This document shows positions 13,057-24,900 of a DNA stretch of 64,000 bases, piece after piece. The notes under the pieces were generated by a model that had not been told where the DNA came from, searched no databases, and was given only the letters and a program-made list of their open reading frames with translations. This stretch comes from Iphione sp. A-MEVVRFRX5 (Eukaryota). Made by a program: the position numbers and the translations under genes. Numbering within the stretch: position 1 is the first letter of the stretch; every line of letters begins with the position of its first letter. The stretch covers positions 38,130,001 through 38,194,000 of the forward strand of contig OZ320319.1 of the NCBI GenBank assembly GCA_976226885.1, in the 5' to 3' direction.

Positions 13057-15767
13057 GTTTACAGCATGTTCATGTGCAGGTTGTTTTCCCCTGTCGTTTC
13101 TAAGCGGAGTTATATTTCTTCTCTATTAATAACTGTACCAACGGAGGCAGGAAAATCAAACGTCACGAGGAGAACACTTTTTTTAAAGCTGCGGTAATTG
13201 ATGGGAAAAAGCCTTCAACCTCGACTCTCCCCAGACAGACCTATAACGTCAACACATGATTCAGAAACAGCCAAGGATCCCCACCCCCTTCCCCCTCAGC
13301 ATTTTGCATCCTGTTGTTCACCCCTAGTACGGGAATGAAATAAACTCGAGGGGTGGGATTAGGTGCGCAAGGGTAAACAATGGAAATACGAGAACCGACT
13401 CCCGTAACGGATATAAGGAATGAATGAAGACAGGTAACCAAGTATTTTATCCATAAACGGCTGGCAAAGGCATGCTTAAAATACACACAGCGGTAATCAT
13501 TCATACAGGGAAAAACGGAAAGAGTGTGACAATTGCAATGCAAAAAAAATAGAGGCTGGTGACTTCAAACCAAAACAGAGGATATAATCGACCAGACTCG
13601 TGGAGTCTTGGCAGCAAAGATGAAGAAATCCAAAAGCTCAAAAACAGACTTCATAGTCTGACTTTGTTAGACACTAATTATATTATAATGCCTTAATTAT
13701 ATTTTCGCTAATTGCTTCGGAATAGAACCCCACCATTTCAGCGACCAAAGAGGGGCATATTGATTAGTCTCCCATCGGCAACGCAGCAGCTACTAAACGT
13801 GTGTCTCCTGTAATTATTGTATGCCATTTTCACGACACGTGCCACAATGCAAGCGTGGGCAAGAAGTGCTGTGTGATTTTAATGGTTTTAATCAAAAGTA
13901 GAACAATGCAATGAAATATATATTACTTAAAATATGTTTTTCGAAATTAGAAAAAAAATCAAATTTCTCCATTATAATAAAAGTACTATGCATAAAATAA
14001 AGACGATTGATGAATTAACAAGCAGGACACACGAATATCAGCGATTTCAATTTTGCCATATCAACTTGGTATATCGAGCAAAAGATTCTAATGAATATAA
14101 AATATCTGGGTATGTGTGGAATGTAAAGTAAGGCATTGCATTTGAAATGAAATATGAAACAAGGACAGTTTCTTCAATAATAAATAATCCTTTGATTTGA
14201 GCTCCATATTCTTTATTCTTTACGCTGTCGAATGCATTTAAGATACATGTATAGCTTCAAGCGTCATCAATACCAGCCCACTTGTGGCTTGGCTAGTGAG
14301 GAATAATCGTGCATTTCTCTCCTCCTTCCGAAAAGGAAAAAATAGAAATGTAGTCACAGGTCTATATCACGGGCCAGTTTGCAGGCGATGGTCGGAGAGA
14401 GGCACATACGATAAAATGAAGTCATATGCAATAAAAGAGATTTAATGCAAGAAAAATGTTATCTAGAGTAAGGGCTAGAGAATTGTTGAAATATGTCCGT
14501 ATATTATGACGGTTAGTAAAGAGACCTGTAGTGTATCGATGATGACCAGGTCTATTATGGTCAAATGAAATATTGTGGTCGTGGACTACAAGGTGATAAG
14601 GATCGTCAATGAACATATCAGATAAAGTGGATAAAAAATTAGAAGGAAGCAGATTAATTCATGGTCTTGACTAGCATCAGCACAACTGCAGGATATATAA
14701 TTATTTCTCTTTTTTCGGGTCAGGCCGTGGAATAGTTTTGACCATATATACAACAGCAGCTAATGAACCGAACGTCTAATAGGAAGTTTAACTTGGAAAA
14801 ACCAACAGCTACACACGTGGTTCGATCAAGACATGGGTGCATCCCGTAGGACCCGTCAAATTTATCTCACTCAAGTTTTGTCATGTGAATGCTGGGACGC
14901 TGTCCGTAATATTATTCGTGGGCCGGCCCGTACGGATAGGTAGGGGCACCATTTGCCCCGGACTGCAGCCGCCTGCCCAGGCTCTGGCACTCTCGAATGA
15001 CACGACTTGAATATTAGGCCGCAATCTATTTCGGCCTTCAGAGCTGATAGGCCGACGGTCCTTGATGGGTCCCAGGCAATGTTCCCGGGACAAATCCCAA
15101 TAACCGCCCGAGCCCCCTCATGCCTCTATGTTGGCCCGCATGGTCGTTATGTGTAGTCCTGCCTCCACGCGGGGCATTGAAATCCAGAGGATGGCATATC
15201 ATTGGGCCTCAGCTATTGCTACCGTACCGGTGGCATATAGAATTTGAGGACTTTCTGTTTAGCTAGTCATAGCGGCACACAGATTTCATTTGACTGCAAC
15301 CGGTTGATGTTTTCCGGGGTTCAACAGGCGGTGCAACTTCCCCATCAATCTTAATATTTCTTATCGGTGGTCGGCTAATAGAGCAACTAGAGCAAAACCT
15401 ACGCCGGATCCATAATATTTTGGTGGCCTTATCCAAACGTTTGATGAAAAGTACCCATGCTGGGTACCGCCCATGCATGAGACGCGAATAAAAATTACGG
15501 GTTGGAGCCGCTACCTCACATAATCGGTCGTAAATTATGCTTAACACCCTCTCTGTTTGTAATATTCATTAGAAATACCACAGATTTCAAACACCCCTAA
15601 TTTCCACGACCACTGACGTCCCATGGCGATGTGGCTATATGTATATCGAGGTGGGTTTACACTGAGCAATATGCACAACATGTATGATAAAGCCAACCAA
15701 AAATAAAGGCTTCCAGAAAGCAGTGTACTATGGATGAGTCAAAAGGAGAAAAGGATACAGTAAAGAG

Positions 15768-16317
15768 CTATTCCCATGTAAGTGGGTTATGAACCTGCCA
15801 CCAGTTGTGTGGTGTAGACTGCCTGGACCTCCCCGCCACCTGATGCAGGGATTATCCCCATGTACATGGGTTATACACACTCTCTTTCTTGCCTTTGAAA
15901 ATATGTAGAACATATCTTAGTTCTTTAGATTTGGTACTAATTTGCATACCATTTGCATAAAATATTAAAATTAACCTTTTTTGAAAGAGGGACATATTAG
16001 TGGAAATTTTCCAGCTTTTTGTTGAAAGTGGGCCATATCGGTGGAAAATTTGTGGCTTTTCATGCAAATGATATGTAAATTTTAACAATGTTACATATGC
16101 TACATATGTTTTACACCTGTTAGATCTCTTTTCCTAGCATGCATGAGGGGGTGTGCTCCAGGCAGACCGGACCATCCCAATCGGCCTGCATGCATCAGGT
16201 GGCAGGTCCCAGCAGCATGTATACATGGGGATAATTATGTCTTATTACCTTCAAGTGGTTCTCTCACTCTTCACACAGAGGGTGGCAGGTTCGGAAGGTC
16301 CGCGTACATGGGGATAA
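15768..16317. mobile_element. Degenerate inverted-repeat element (MITE-like) with duplicated subterminal motifs
   Basis: tat(t/c)cccatgta...gaacctgccacc at left and its reverse complement at 16281-16316. A second inner inverted set (gccacctgatgca, attatccccatgta) surrounds an AT-rich core. Confidence 0.55.
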
Positions 16318-17793
16318 CACTTAAGGGTTGCAAAGAAAGAGAAAACGAGACGGAGAGATCTTGGTAGAGGGAGGGAGAAAAAGAGTGAGCATGAGAGGGT
16401 GAGCTGAATTTGTTGGAAAAGGATGGAGGAAAAGAAGGAGAAGATTGACTAAAAGGCAAAGTGAGTGACTCCTACCATCGTGTAAGCCAATCGTGCATCG
16501 CCCAGTGGACGGTGACCGACCTTGGTAACCATGGTTTCACACGCCCGCTGGCCATGACTAGACTACTAGGGTGTGCTTCAGCCTTCCCTCCACAAGCTCT
16601 TACCAAGCTGATGATTTGGAGACGGGTTGGTGTTAATTCAGCAACACTAGATCTAAAGATCAAGAAAGGCAGACAGGCTGTCTATACGGCTCCCATGTCA
16701 CGGCCAGTTAGGTGTAAGAGACAGCATCCCAAAAGCAAAAACGAGGAAAGCAATAATCATGAACACTCGTGGAGAAATACCACTCGCTGAAGATGTAAGA
16801 GAGGAAAATTGACAAACGTACAATGCAAACAAATGGCTGCTGAACATCGTCCATTCCAGGTCATTCCACGTTACGGGCTAGGTGGTTAGCACGGTATAAT
16901 TACACGAATTCTCAAATTCCCCCGTTGAACAGCAGAACGAGACGGGCGGGACGGTTTGTAATATCATTTCAGTGGGAGGCGTCCTTTCATGATGGGGGCC
17001 TAATCCTCCACTTTCTGGGCCACATGGCCCACTTCGCTGAGCCCTGTCAGAATAATTCATTGAACAAACATCTCCGGCCCCCGCGAGGCCTACTTTTCAG
17101 CTGACATCCCCATACACACGCACACTGATAGAGCACTGACCACAGATGCTTCATGATATAGAAAAATAGGGTTGAGCCTCCATTAAGGCAGCATTGGCAG
17201 ATGGACAATTACTAATGCCGCAGGAAGTACAAAAGGCACCAAGGTTTGATTGATACATAACAAAGTGGTTGCATGGAGTGAGAGGAAAAGGGATGGGAGA
17301 TGGTTGAGAGGTAGCGTGAGTCCTCTTGCTGCTCCATATAGCTAGTAAAGGAATCAATGTTGAACAGCATGAGTGGCCAGCACTAAGGTGGTAGGCTGAG
17401 CGGGGCCGGCAGTCATTCACGACTTCTCTCCTTCTAACCGTTTTGTCAGCAACATCCTCGGCGAATTGTTGCTTCTGAAGATGGATACCATACTATACCA
17501 CAGACAAAAATTCCGAACTCTTATCGAATGACCCAGCTGCAAAATAGCTTTTGCCATGATGAATAAATAATGGGAATTCCGCATGGTACTAGGCGACAAA
17601 GCGTAAACAATGTTACAAACAGTAATTAAAAACCAATGCCCCATAGGTCGTTTTTAAGGTTAACAGCATGGATAGAGTCAGCAAAATCTTTACTCTATTA
17701 ATACGATTGACAACCTGTCGTGATAAATTCATATTTGCGCAGCTATGGACAGATAAAACATCAAAGCTGGGTTGGGTGTGTGGCCCCCATTAC

Positions 17794-18089
17794 CTCTTAC
17801 AACGTTCACAGTCTAGGAGGTTACCACGAAATGTCGCATTGGCACACCACAGAGAAACGGCCCCTTGGGCTGTTCTCCTAGTCTCGTGGCTGAGATTAGG
17901 TTTTGGTCGCTCATAGAACCTGCCGCAGTGTGCCGTTTGATACGGTTTCTGAGCAATTCTCAGCAATTCATGGCTATGTGATCGGCAGAGTTGCTCGAGG
18001 CATGTGGCGCCTTGGATGCGATTCAATCGCGGAGAGTATTTTTTAAATTTGATCCTCGAAACTAGTTTATACGTCCCCATTTGTTTCAT
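17794..18089 (-). CDS. Candidate alternative first exon, 98 codons, MKQMGTYKLVSR...LLDCERCKR|
   Basis: True ATG at 18089, open to donor AAG AG|gtaatg (phase 2, fits acceptor 7072). No homology recognised. Confidence 0.25.
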
Positions 18090-19671
18090 GGATGGATACA
18101 GTATACCTTCCTGAGATTCCTGTTCTCAGACTCCTTTCATGCATAATGGAGTTGCCATTGTAATGCTGTCTTAGTCCCTAGTTAGGCCATGATTGTAAAT
18201 ACAAAAAAGCAATTCATGATGTACTTCTGTCAATTACTTAATAGCAAAGTAGCAGTATGTTGTAACTCAACTAAATTTGAACACAGATATCCGCGGATTC
18301 TATCATACAATCTTTTATTTACCGCTAAGAAACAGATAAAGTATGTTACCGAATGCACATGTCCCATACGCATTTCGTCTTGCATTTCTTGTGAAGCCCA
18401 AGATTTGATAATGGTATTAATGTTTGTCGTTGCAGCTTCAGATAGTCACGAGCGAGTGTATTTGCTCGGCTAATTAGCGCTCCCATGCCTCTGTAACAGA
18501 CCTTTTCTTTTCCTCTTTACATTTAAGCTCACCTTCTTCCCATGACCTTGACTCCTACAAGCGGCTATTTAGCGCTGATTGATGAGACGTATATTGAACA
18601 GACCAAATGACCTATCATTGGCCATATCTACGGATACAATTACTGGTTACTGTTCTGTAACTCACTGGGCATGCTGAAAGGGCAGGGAGGAAACAGGACC
18701 TAATCTGTCCTTTGAAACACTATCTGTTAATAGATATCGGGAACCTTCAAGCAGAGAGGCACGACACAAATAACGACTATGCAGTAGCCTAAATACTGAA
18801 GCAGATGGCTACGTCCACAGCGTTTCTGCATTATTTGAGCTGAAATACAGAACATCTGAGGAGAACCCTCATATTTACGCCATGCAAGCCAGGTACACAT
18901 AGAAGACGGAATACATGTATAATGTGGCATGATACTCCTCCGCAGGGTTTAGTTGCAGGGGCAAGAAGGATTTCGCTTTTTTTTAGATTTCGATATGATC
19001 TAAACTCGATGTCTCTACTTATGATAGTAACAACGTTTTGTGAAAGAATAAAAACAATTCACTGGAGCTACTAGTAGACTGTAGCCTATATCCTTTCTAT
19101 GGTGCTGCCGTAGCAAATATTCTGTCCCGAGTAGCTCAAGTTTGACATGTGAGCTGTTCTTTCCTTGGATTCACGTCACCTCCCATCGGACCACACCTTG
19201 TCTCAGGCAAGGTAGGCTCGACAGGTAGCAGTATACGGTGAAACTGGCTAGTGCATACTTACTATTGGAGCTGTCTACAATTCAAATAGTTCAAACCTCT
19301 GCCATCTAATCTAGCCTTAAACCTCTTCGTTTGCTTCACCATAGAGGGGAAACCGAACAAGTGAATATCCCGCTCGACAACAGAACCCACTAATGTGAAC
19401 AGATTAATTTGGAACATTTTCTTCTCCTTTTAGCTTTATTTAGTAAGAAGAGCAAGGAATTAATGTGGAATATTTGAGCTAAGTCGCCAAGACTCGCATA
19501 CCAGCATTTATTCCTCGCGGACAACATAGGAACGAGTACGGATATAGATAACCAGTCACCGAATTATATAAGGGAGAATGATCACGTAAGGAAGCTCATC
19601 CTCTTATGTGGGAACATTGATAAGAATCTAGGGTTCATGTGATGGAGAGGGGGCGGGGGGTTACCATATTT

Positions 19672-19899
19672 CTCTTCTGGCCTGTCCTCATATCCTCCAT
19701 AACATCTCACCATTATTTCGGTGATACGATGCTGGGCACTAATGGAAAAAAATGCGGAGAAAAATATGTTGTTCCATCTAGAGGGGTCTTTCTTGCGAAG
19801 TCAAAACCTATCCGCTCATGATCTTTCCGTCTCTTCCGGCCTGTCCTCATATCCTCCATAACATCTTACCGCTATCCCGGTGGTACGATGCTAGGCACT
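19672..19899. repeat. Two 69-bp direct repeats, 159-bp spacing
   Basis: 19672-19740 vs 19831-19899, 61/69 identical by manual count. Confidence 0.85.
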
Positions 19900-21622
19900 G
19901 ATTGTGTCCCTGACTGCTAGTGGAGACAATTACTTTCTGCCCATGTAATCAGCAGGTAATTAGCATAGATCAGATTCGATGGGAAAAGGCAACGGAGGCC
20001 GAAATACGCATTTCCAATCAGGACACGACGGGCTTCAAGCACAGATGAAGTACCTACTAGGAAAGCATCGTCCTGTTCGTATACAAACATCTATCATATA
20101 GATATTTATGTATATCTACAAAGGATGTCACTATGTTCACAGGTACATAACTTGGGCAAGGTTGAACCAAGATCACAGGTAAACATATTAGCAGCAACTA
20201 ATGGCGTTTGGAGAAAGTATAGATACTTTTTGACTTTATCAAAGGAGGCCATTTGTCACATAAGCTGTGCGAAGGAAGCGGCCGACCTGGTGACAGTATA
20301 CTAAAGGTCTTCCCAATGCTGCCATGGACCGTCCTTAAGATAAGTCTAATCCTCTCAGATTTCCTGTGATTACACATGCCCTTGCTAATCAGCTTACTTT
20401 CCCGTATAGTCGCTCACCATCATATCTCTAGTTGGAGTAATCAGCGAGTTTCTACGTACGTCCTGCATGACAGGACCGCGAAGACAATTCACTGTGGACT
20501 AATGTTATTAGAACTGCATCAGTAAAAGGACTATTCGAGCGCTCTTTGATAATGCAAATGCCATCTTCCAATGGATTTCATGACGAAATTATGTAATCTT
20601 TATCAAAAGGACCAAGGCTAGCTAAGTCAGTATAAATTTGAGTAGATTAATCCGTACGGAGACTATGCAACAGGACACTGATGCGTATTTCCCCTCGAAT
20701 GATATAAAACAGGACAACGGTAAGCATTCCGGCATGGTTTCGTGAAGAAACAAAACTGAATTTTATGAGCTTCACACGTGTATTTCCCACTTTATTTATA
20801 TTGGGTTGATTACGACGATAATAAATTGACTCACTGTCCTAAATCAGGCAGAAATAGGTCACTCAAGAGCAACTCGTCCCATGTTGCGAGCCTTGTATTG
20901 AGTTGGCCCTGGGCCAGCTTGGTACGCGCCCTATATCAAGGCCCCCTCTCGGAGAGGAATCAATAAAACATTGTCTTTCTCTGAGAGCAAAATCACGAAG
21001 CTGGATTCGGTGTGTGAAGTAAGGCAGCAAATCATTCCCACGTACAAACAAATATCACTGAATCAACGCGAGAAAAGTGCATGTAACAAAAAACATGCCG
21101 CCGGGACAAAATGATCAAAGGCATTCCCGTAGGGCTTTCTTTTTGGCCATTGCATTTCCGAATGATTGAGATCACTACGTAGGTCTCCTTTAGAGAAAGA
21201 CTTTAAGATATAACCCTACTTATCGAAAAAAGTGACAGTAATTTCCTTTGCTCTAATCCTATAATTCTGTGTAAAAACTTAAAATCCCTTCTCAAGTCAC
21301 ATTAGACATCGTTCGGTTTATATGTGTACTCCTAAGTTTCTCTGGAAATGAACTGCTATTCATGAACTGTCCTAATCCTAGACCACTTACTTCCACTCAG
21401 CAATCTATTTGGCAGGTGAAAAATGAAACACACTGGCCATATCGCCTGTCGCACGTACGCAATGAACTTTCATTTAGGCCATAACGTGACTAGCATACGC
21501 GGCCTCACTAGACAGTCAGCGCACGCTTACATTGCTTTACCTTTGCTGCAAACATGTAAGCAGTAGACCACACCTATTATCATGCATCATAAGTATATGC
21601 TTGAAGCCTTTATGCATTGAAA

Positions 21623-21640
21623 TTTTTTTTTTTTTTTTTT
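21623..21640. repeat. T18 homopolymer
   Basis: Direct read. Confidence 0.95.
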
Positions 21641-21883
21641 ACAAGATACAAGAAGGTTTGCCCTAGCGGCAGTCATGTGTTAGGAATGCGCAGGGTTGAC
21701 ACCCATAGATGAGTAGCCATATGCTGAACTGCTCCGCCTGAGTACACACACGTCCTACAACGAGCCACTCTATCTGGCCATAATCACGACCCCTCTCCTC
21801 CCAGCTTTTCGCCTCCCTCTAGTTTTTTTCGCTTCGTCACTCTTTCCTCAACCAGCATTTTCTCTGCGATGAACCAACGTTAC

Positions 21884-21936
21884 CGATCGGTCGGCCGCTC
21901 GGTTACCATGACAACCACCAAGCCGTGGCAGCGCCA
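21884..21936 (-). CDS. Candidate alternative first exon (coding part), MALPRLVVV-MVTERPTDR|
   Basis: aaaatATGGCG start at 21936 and a second ATG at 21909 inside an X-box. Donor CG|gtaacg is phase 2 and fits acceptor 7072. Confidence 0.4.
21902..21915. promoter_or_regulatory. RFX X-box motif
   Basis: GTTACCATGACAAC (minus GTTGTCATGGTAAC), one mismatch to consensus. Confidence 0.55.
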
Positions 21937-24900
21937 TATTTTCTGGCTGAGAGAACGGGTGACAAGCTTAAGGTAGAGCATAACCTTTATAGTACAAAGA
22001 ACCCGAAAACGCAAATCTCAACAGGACAAAATGATTTCCAAGATCCTGAAACGAAGAACACTGTTCATCAAACAATAATCAAGGTCATTAACATGGTAAC
22101 AGCAAGAATCTTCACTGAAATGTACAGTTCTTTAGTGACTTGCCTCTCTGTTATTGAAGGAAAAGGCATCGGAGAAGCAAGGGCAATATTCTATGTCACA
22201 ACAGACACAATACTGAGAATTCTATGTGGCAGTCTCACAACTGACAGCATTTGCTAAAAAAAAAAAACCAAGAATTATGAACAGAACTTAGTATGACGTG
22301 CTAATGCCGCATTGTCATGTGAAGAGGTAGAATTTGTATTGAAATTCTCTGGATGCATATAGAATTCGGGAACACTGTCCAAAACACCGTGCATAGAGGA
22401 ATACATGCAAAGTATTCCAGTTAGACTATTTGAAGTATTACATTTACCTTTAGATGCCCATGATGATGTATGTCGATTACAAAATAGGGATGTATTTTGT
22501 ATGCTAGGAACTTAAATATGAAATACCTGTCCACGTGATTCCTAGATTTCATCATGGTAGGATTTCCTCTAAGGACTTTGCGACGACAGAAACCGTGGAT
22601 GCAGGAGGAGACAGGTTTCTCAGCAAGAGGGAGCTCACCAGATACAGCGGCAAAGCAATATCGAGTACCTATCCTTCGTGTAAAGCCAAAGGTGTACCTC
22701 CATTATAGCAGTTGGCTGCTGCCTTGGCGTGTACTGAGAATTGTCCGAGGGTTAGTAGTAATGCTCGTGGTGAGAGCTTGAACGCGGCGGTATTTACATC
22801 ATATCAAGATCAAGTTAATGGGATGATATAACACACGGAACCTGAATTTCTGGATTATGCCACCTCTGTATCAAATTAACAAAGTAATGCTCAAGTAATG
22901 CAAAAACTTGATCCGGGGAGTGTAATTTGAAACAGAACTTGACTGGTGTATTCGTTGGTGGTATTCCCGAAAAGCAGTCGTTCCTTATTAGAGTAAAAGG
23001 GCTGAGAAGTATCGAATAGACCTACTGTCTGCAGGAGTGAGTAGGTAATAATGACCAATCATTTACTGTTTTGCATGGACGCCCTTCATTGTAATGACCA
23101 GATAATCAGCCCTGGTTCTTCTGCATGGTTGAAGACGACCTTTATCAGGTAGTGTATGACTCACTTGCGGCTCTAGGTCTTACGGTACTTGGGACGCTTT
23201 CCTTTCCCCATGGCACCCTATGGCACCCTAATGGCATATTAGCATCATTCATGAATGCCCATCGCCGTCCCCAGAAAACTGACATTTACACAGCCGACCT
23301 TGATGGTTGTATATGGGGGTTGTCCACTAGTGTCTACTCAACATCCACTCGGGATGACCTATTGGTGGCCGCAAAAAACCGTCGGGTCTAGGCTATGGCT
23401 GCAATTTCATGCTGGGGAATGTTTACTAGTGTCCGGTGTCACCTATCAAGGGGACTACATAAGTGTCACTTTGTGAGTTATTTGTTTGTACGCGAGCACG
23501 GCCGAAATATATTGTGGGACGGATCCTGTAGCATGTCCAGGCTGCGATCGTCTAGCCGTCCACGGAGTGTTATTCCTGCCACAAGTCTATACCTTCTCCA
23601 CGTTTCTTTGACACTGCCAATGGGAGCCAAATGCCTCCCTGGAGCCCCGCCACTCGACTCCAGTGCCCATCCATCGCCGTAAAATAGGCGCTAGGAAGCC
23701 CGTCCTACATTAATCCGTGAGAGAGGAGACGATGCCACACCGTGCTCACTGACAGTGCCAGGACGGGGCGCCCCGGAGTCTCACCAGCTCACAGACTTGT
23801 GCAAATACAATGGTGGCGCCTGGCTCGTTCGGAACCGTGGCTTCAGTATTTGCCAGGAACTGCAAAGGCCGTCGAGTAACTCGGAGAGGGAAAAGTGCTC
23901 TCGGCAGCGCCCTACTGACCCGTCTGTTTGGTCTTCGTCCGAGGATTCCTGCAGTCGCCTTCTTCAAGGGCGAGTTTCTCCATATGGTGCAGCCAGCTCC
24001 TTCCCCCGAGCTTGGCACACAGATAGACCCTTCTGTCGTGCCGTCCGTCCTCCAGCGTGGCGCCCTGTGCGACAGCCGTCGGCAGCGGGGCGCCGGCGAG
24101 CAGGAGATGTGCAAATGAGTAGCGCATCCAACTCTCAGTCCAGGGATGCCAGCTCGCCAAGCCGTAGGCAGCCGAGCGCAATGATTCTACCGCTTCTCTG
24201 TTTCCGAACCTGTTGTCACGTTACGCAATCTTGAAGAAAAGCTTTCCTGACAAGCGCTAAAGCGTTAGGGCGATGGGAGGAAAAAGAGAATTGCGCTGGC
24301 GTGTAATAAAAATGTTTCCCCTGGCCTTGGCGGGTTGTTTACCGTGTGTGCTTTCGCATATGGACAGAAGTGAGGAATCCAGAGGTCTTATTTATGTTGA
24401 GCAAGAAGGGCAGGTTAAATCCAGACTCTATTTTTCTTGAATGCGAGGTTGTATGAGGACATCCTGAATGGGATCCTTATACTGAAAGTAAAGAATGTGA
24501 ATCAGAATTACGCTAATGATTAAGGCCTGATAGTGTCCTATATTTGTATCCAAAATGATTTCCATCCATAGCTTCTCCTATGCGTGTCACACACCCTCTG
24601 ACGATGGCACTTGTATTTCTCTCCGCGTGATTGACTATTTGGCCCGACTCGAACGAAACTTGATGGAGGAGTTGTACCCAGCGAGCAGGGTACCTAAACT
24701 AAATCCTCCCTTCTTCCTGCTACATATGGGAACCACAGATGTTAGTGTGCCATTACGGTTCGTGACAAGGCCTTTCTGGTTGCTTCCGTCACGGCAAACA
24801 CATCCGAAGGGGCGTGGCGATTACCGTGTTCTGCCCTCGTGTCAGCTGCATTTTACCAAGGATACACACGTCCAGGTGAAAATGCACATTACTCCGATAA

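Noticed and set aside
12822-13197. ORFs spanning the N gap
   Set aside because: Artefacts of ambiguous bases.
13767-16538. Further X-box-like words (GTCTCCCATCGGCAAC at 13767; GTAACCATGGTTTC at 16525)
   Set aside because: The spacer is too long in the first and the half-sites do not fit the consensus in the second.
21623-21720. Retroposed insert suggested by T18
   Set aside because: No TSD, polyadenylation signal or recognisable retroelement body was found.
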